DNA of 64,000 nucleotides, taken from NCBI GenBank assembly GCA_963727625.1, contig CAVSHR010000009.1, positions 224,001 to 288,000 on the forward strand, read 5' to 3'. This DNA is from an uncultured delta proteobacterium (GTDB lineage: Bacteria; Desulfobacterota; Binatia; UBA9968). This document shows, in pieces, positions 62,131-64,000 of this stretch (the stretch's first letter is position 1; every line of letters starts with the position of its first letter). A program made the translations under genes and the position numbers. The notes beneath the pieces were generated by a model. That model ran no database searches. It was not told the DNA's origin and saw nothing but the letters and a program-made list of their open reading frames with translations.

Positions 62131-63842
62131 GTGAAGGAATCTGTGATGCCGAAAGGCGTTGAGCACATGGCAGCATCGCGACGGATGGTGATCGACTCGT
62201 CGGGTGAAGGAATCTGTGATGCCGAAAGGCGTTGAGCACGCAGACCTCGATGATCGCGGTGATCCGCTCAGCGTGAAGGAATCTGTGATGCCGAAAGGCG
62301 TTGAGCACTACGAGTACTGATCCGTATCGTCGATGCGGTCCGTGGTGAAGGAATCTGTGATGCCGAAAGGCGTTGAGCACATCTAGGCAGTCGCTGATCA
62401 CACGAGCTTGCCGTGCAGCGTGAAGGAATCTGTGATGCCGAAAGGCGTTGAGCACTGCTGCCGTCGCTCAACGATCTCGCACCACCGAGGTGAAGGAATC
62501 TGTGATGCCGAAAGGCGTTGAGCACTAACCGCTGCAATCGCATCCAGACGCTGATCGCAACGTGTGAAGGAATCTGTGATGCCGAAAGGCGTTGAGCACT
62601 AGCCGCATGCGCGAGCGTCTGGCAGTCGAGGCACTGTCGTGAAGGAATCTGTGATGCCGAAAGGCGTTGAGCACAGACTCGCAGACGCAAGTCATCTGTG
62701 CACGCTATGACCAGTGTGAAGGAATCTGTGATGCCGAAAGGCGTTGAGCACGCGATCGAAGCCGATACTGCACGATGGCTAGCGGACCGTGAAGAATCTG
62801 TGATGCCGAAAGGCGTTGAGCACAAGCAGCGATTCGAGTCTGACGCAGCTCGCAACGGTGAAGGAATCTGTGATGCCGAAAGGCGTTGAGCACCATCGCA
62901 ATCGACATCGACGCCGTGCAGCTGACGTCGTGAAGGAATCTGTGATGCCGAAAGGCGTTGAGCACCGTCAAGGCGCGCTGACGTTGATCGAGCTGCACGA
63001 TCGTGAAGGAATCTGTGATGCCGAAAGGCGTTGAGCACAGTCTGAACGCCAGCTGACATGGCGACCGACGACTGTGAAGGAATCTGTGATGCCGAAAGGC
63101 GTTGAGCACAAGACGAATGCGGCAGACATCGAGACTGCAGTCCAGAGTGAAGAATCTGTGATGCCGAAAGGCGTTGAGCACGTCGTCGCTCGACCGGTCA
63201 CCGTGCAAATCGTCGTGTGAAGGAATCTGTGATGCCGAAAGGCGTTGAGCACCATCGCGGACACGGCTGACTTGACCGTCTGGCAGCGTGTGAAGGAATC
63301 TGTGATGCCGAAAGGCGTTGAGCACCACGACCGTGATGAGCCGAGACTATCGGCAGTCAAAGTGTGAAGGAATCTGTGATGCCGAAAGGCGTTGAGCACA
63401 CCGGCAGCGATCAGACAGCGATCGACGCGATGCAGCTGTGAAGGAATCTGTGATGCCGAAAGGCGTTGAGCACCAGTCATGATCTGCGAATGCCGATTGC
63501 GACGCTGTCCGGTGAAGGAATCTGTGATGCCGAAAGGCGTTGAGCACTGATGTCGCAGGTCAGTCGACGTCGATCGCCGAGTCGTGTGAAGGAATCTGTG
63601 ATGCCGAAAGGCGTTGAGCACATACGATGTGCATTACCGGCGACTTGATGGTGCTCGCGTGTGAAGGAATCTGTGATGCCGAAAGGCGTTGAGCACACGG
63701 CAAGTCTGCAGTCGATGCAGGCGACCGTGCGATCGGTGAAGGAATCTGTGATGCCGAAAGGCGTTGAGCACCTTCAGTACGACGTCATGTCCATCGACGA
63801 TTCGCTGTGAAGGAATCTGTGATGCCGAAAGGCGTTGAGCAC
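62131..63842 (+). CRISPR. CRISPR array: 24 repeats (36 bp) and 23 spacers (33-41 bp)
   Basis: Repeat GTGAAGGAATCTGTGATGCCGAAAGGCGTTGAGCAC with GATGCC-GAAA-GGCGTT hairpin and TTGAGCAC handle; copies at 62789 and 63147 lack one G. Confidence 0.99.
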
Positions 63843-64000
63843 TATATCAATGCAACCGATGGGGTCAGACTTCTACGACTCAACTATCTTGCTCAGCCGG
63901 TCGACCTCCCGCCTGACCGTATCATCTGCTTGCAACCGATCGCTCAGCCGTGCGAGCAAGGTCGCGAGTGTCGCTATGTCTCTATTGAAATAGGCCGCCA

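Noticed and set aside
62099-63698. Repetitive ORFs on both strands (LNAFRHHRFLH..., KESVMPKGVEH)
   Set aside because: They are translations of the CRISPR repeats.
62167-63806. Self-targeting or duplicated spacers
   Set aside because: No duplicate spacers and no obvious match within the window by eye; a real alignment is needed to exclude this.
50600-64000. Defence island as an integrated mobile element or CRISPR-associated transposon
   Set aside because: No integrase, transposase, tnsABC/tniQ, tRNA or att repeat is visible in the window; the right boundary may lie outside it.

Overview
A GC-rich bacterial chromosomal segment. Its gene content (many Tat-exported ABC binding proteins, amidohydrolases, an LLM oxidoreductase and orphan TPP-E1 pairs) resembles deltaproteobacterial/Binatia-like genomes; this is inference. 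0-38 kb is mostly metabolic and transport genes: ptsP, a BoxB-like di-iron enzyme with a [2Fe-2S] ferredoxin and NuoF-like flavoprotein, Dpp-type ABC components, ychF, aat and two E1alpha/beta pairs. It also carries several internally deleted gene scars. 39-50 kb holds two tandem GAF-PAS sigma-54 activators. These precede a sigma-54 operon encoding an AurF-like di-iron protein, a GNAT, a methyltransferase with an in-frame UGA and SECIS-like hairpin (probable selenoprotein), and an EamA exporter. 50.7-64 kb is a defence island: a WYL regulator, a RelE toxin, an XRE-HTH/MNT fusion, HEPN, then a Myxococcus-type (MYXAN / I-B cmx8-devR-devS) CRISPR-Cas locus with a 24-repeat array. cas3, cas8, cas7 and cas5 are riddled with frameshifts while cas6, cas4-cas1 and cas2 are intact. 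The 23 spacers are almost free of homopolymer runs. Both features may be long-read consensus artefacts or real biology. No rRNA or tRNA was recognised. All calls come from motif recognition by eye; no searches were run.
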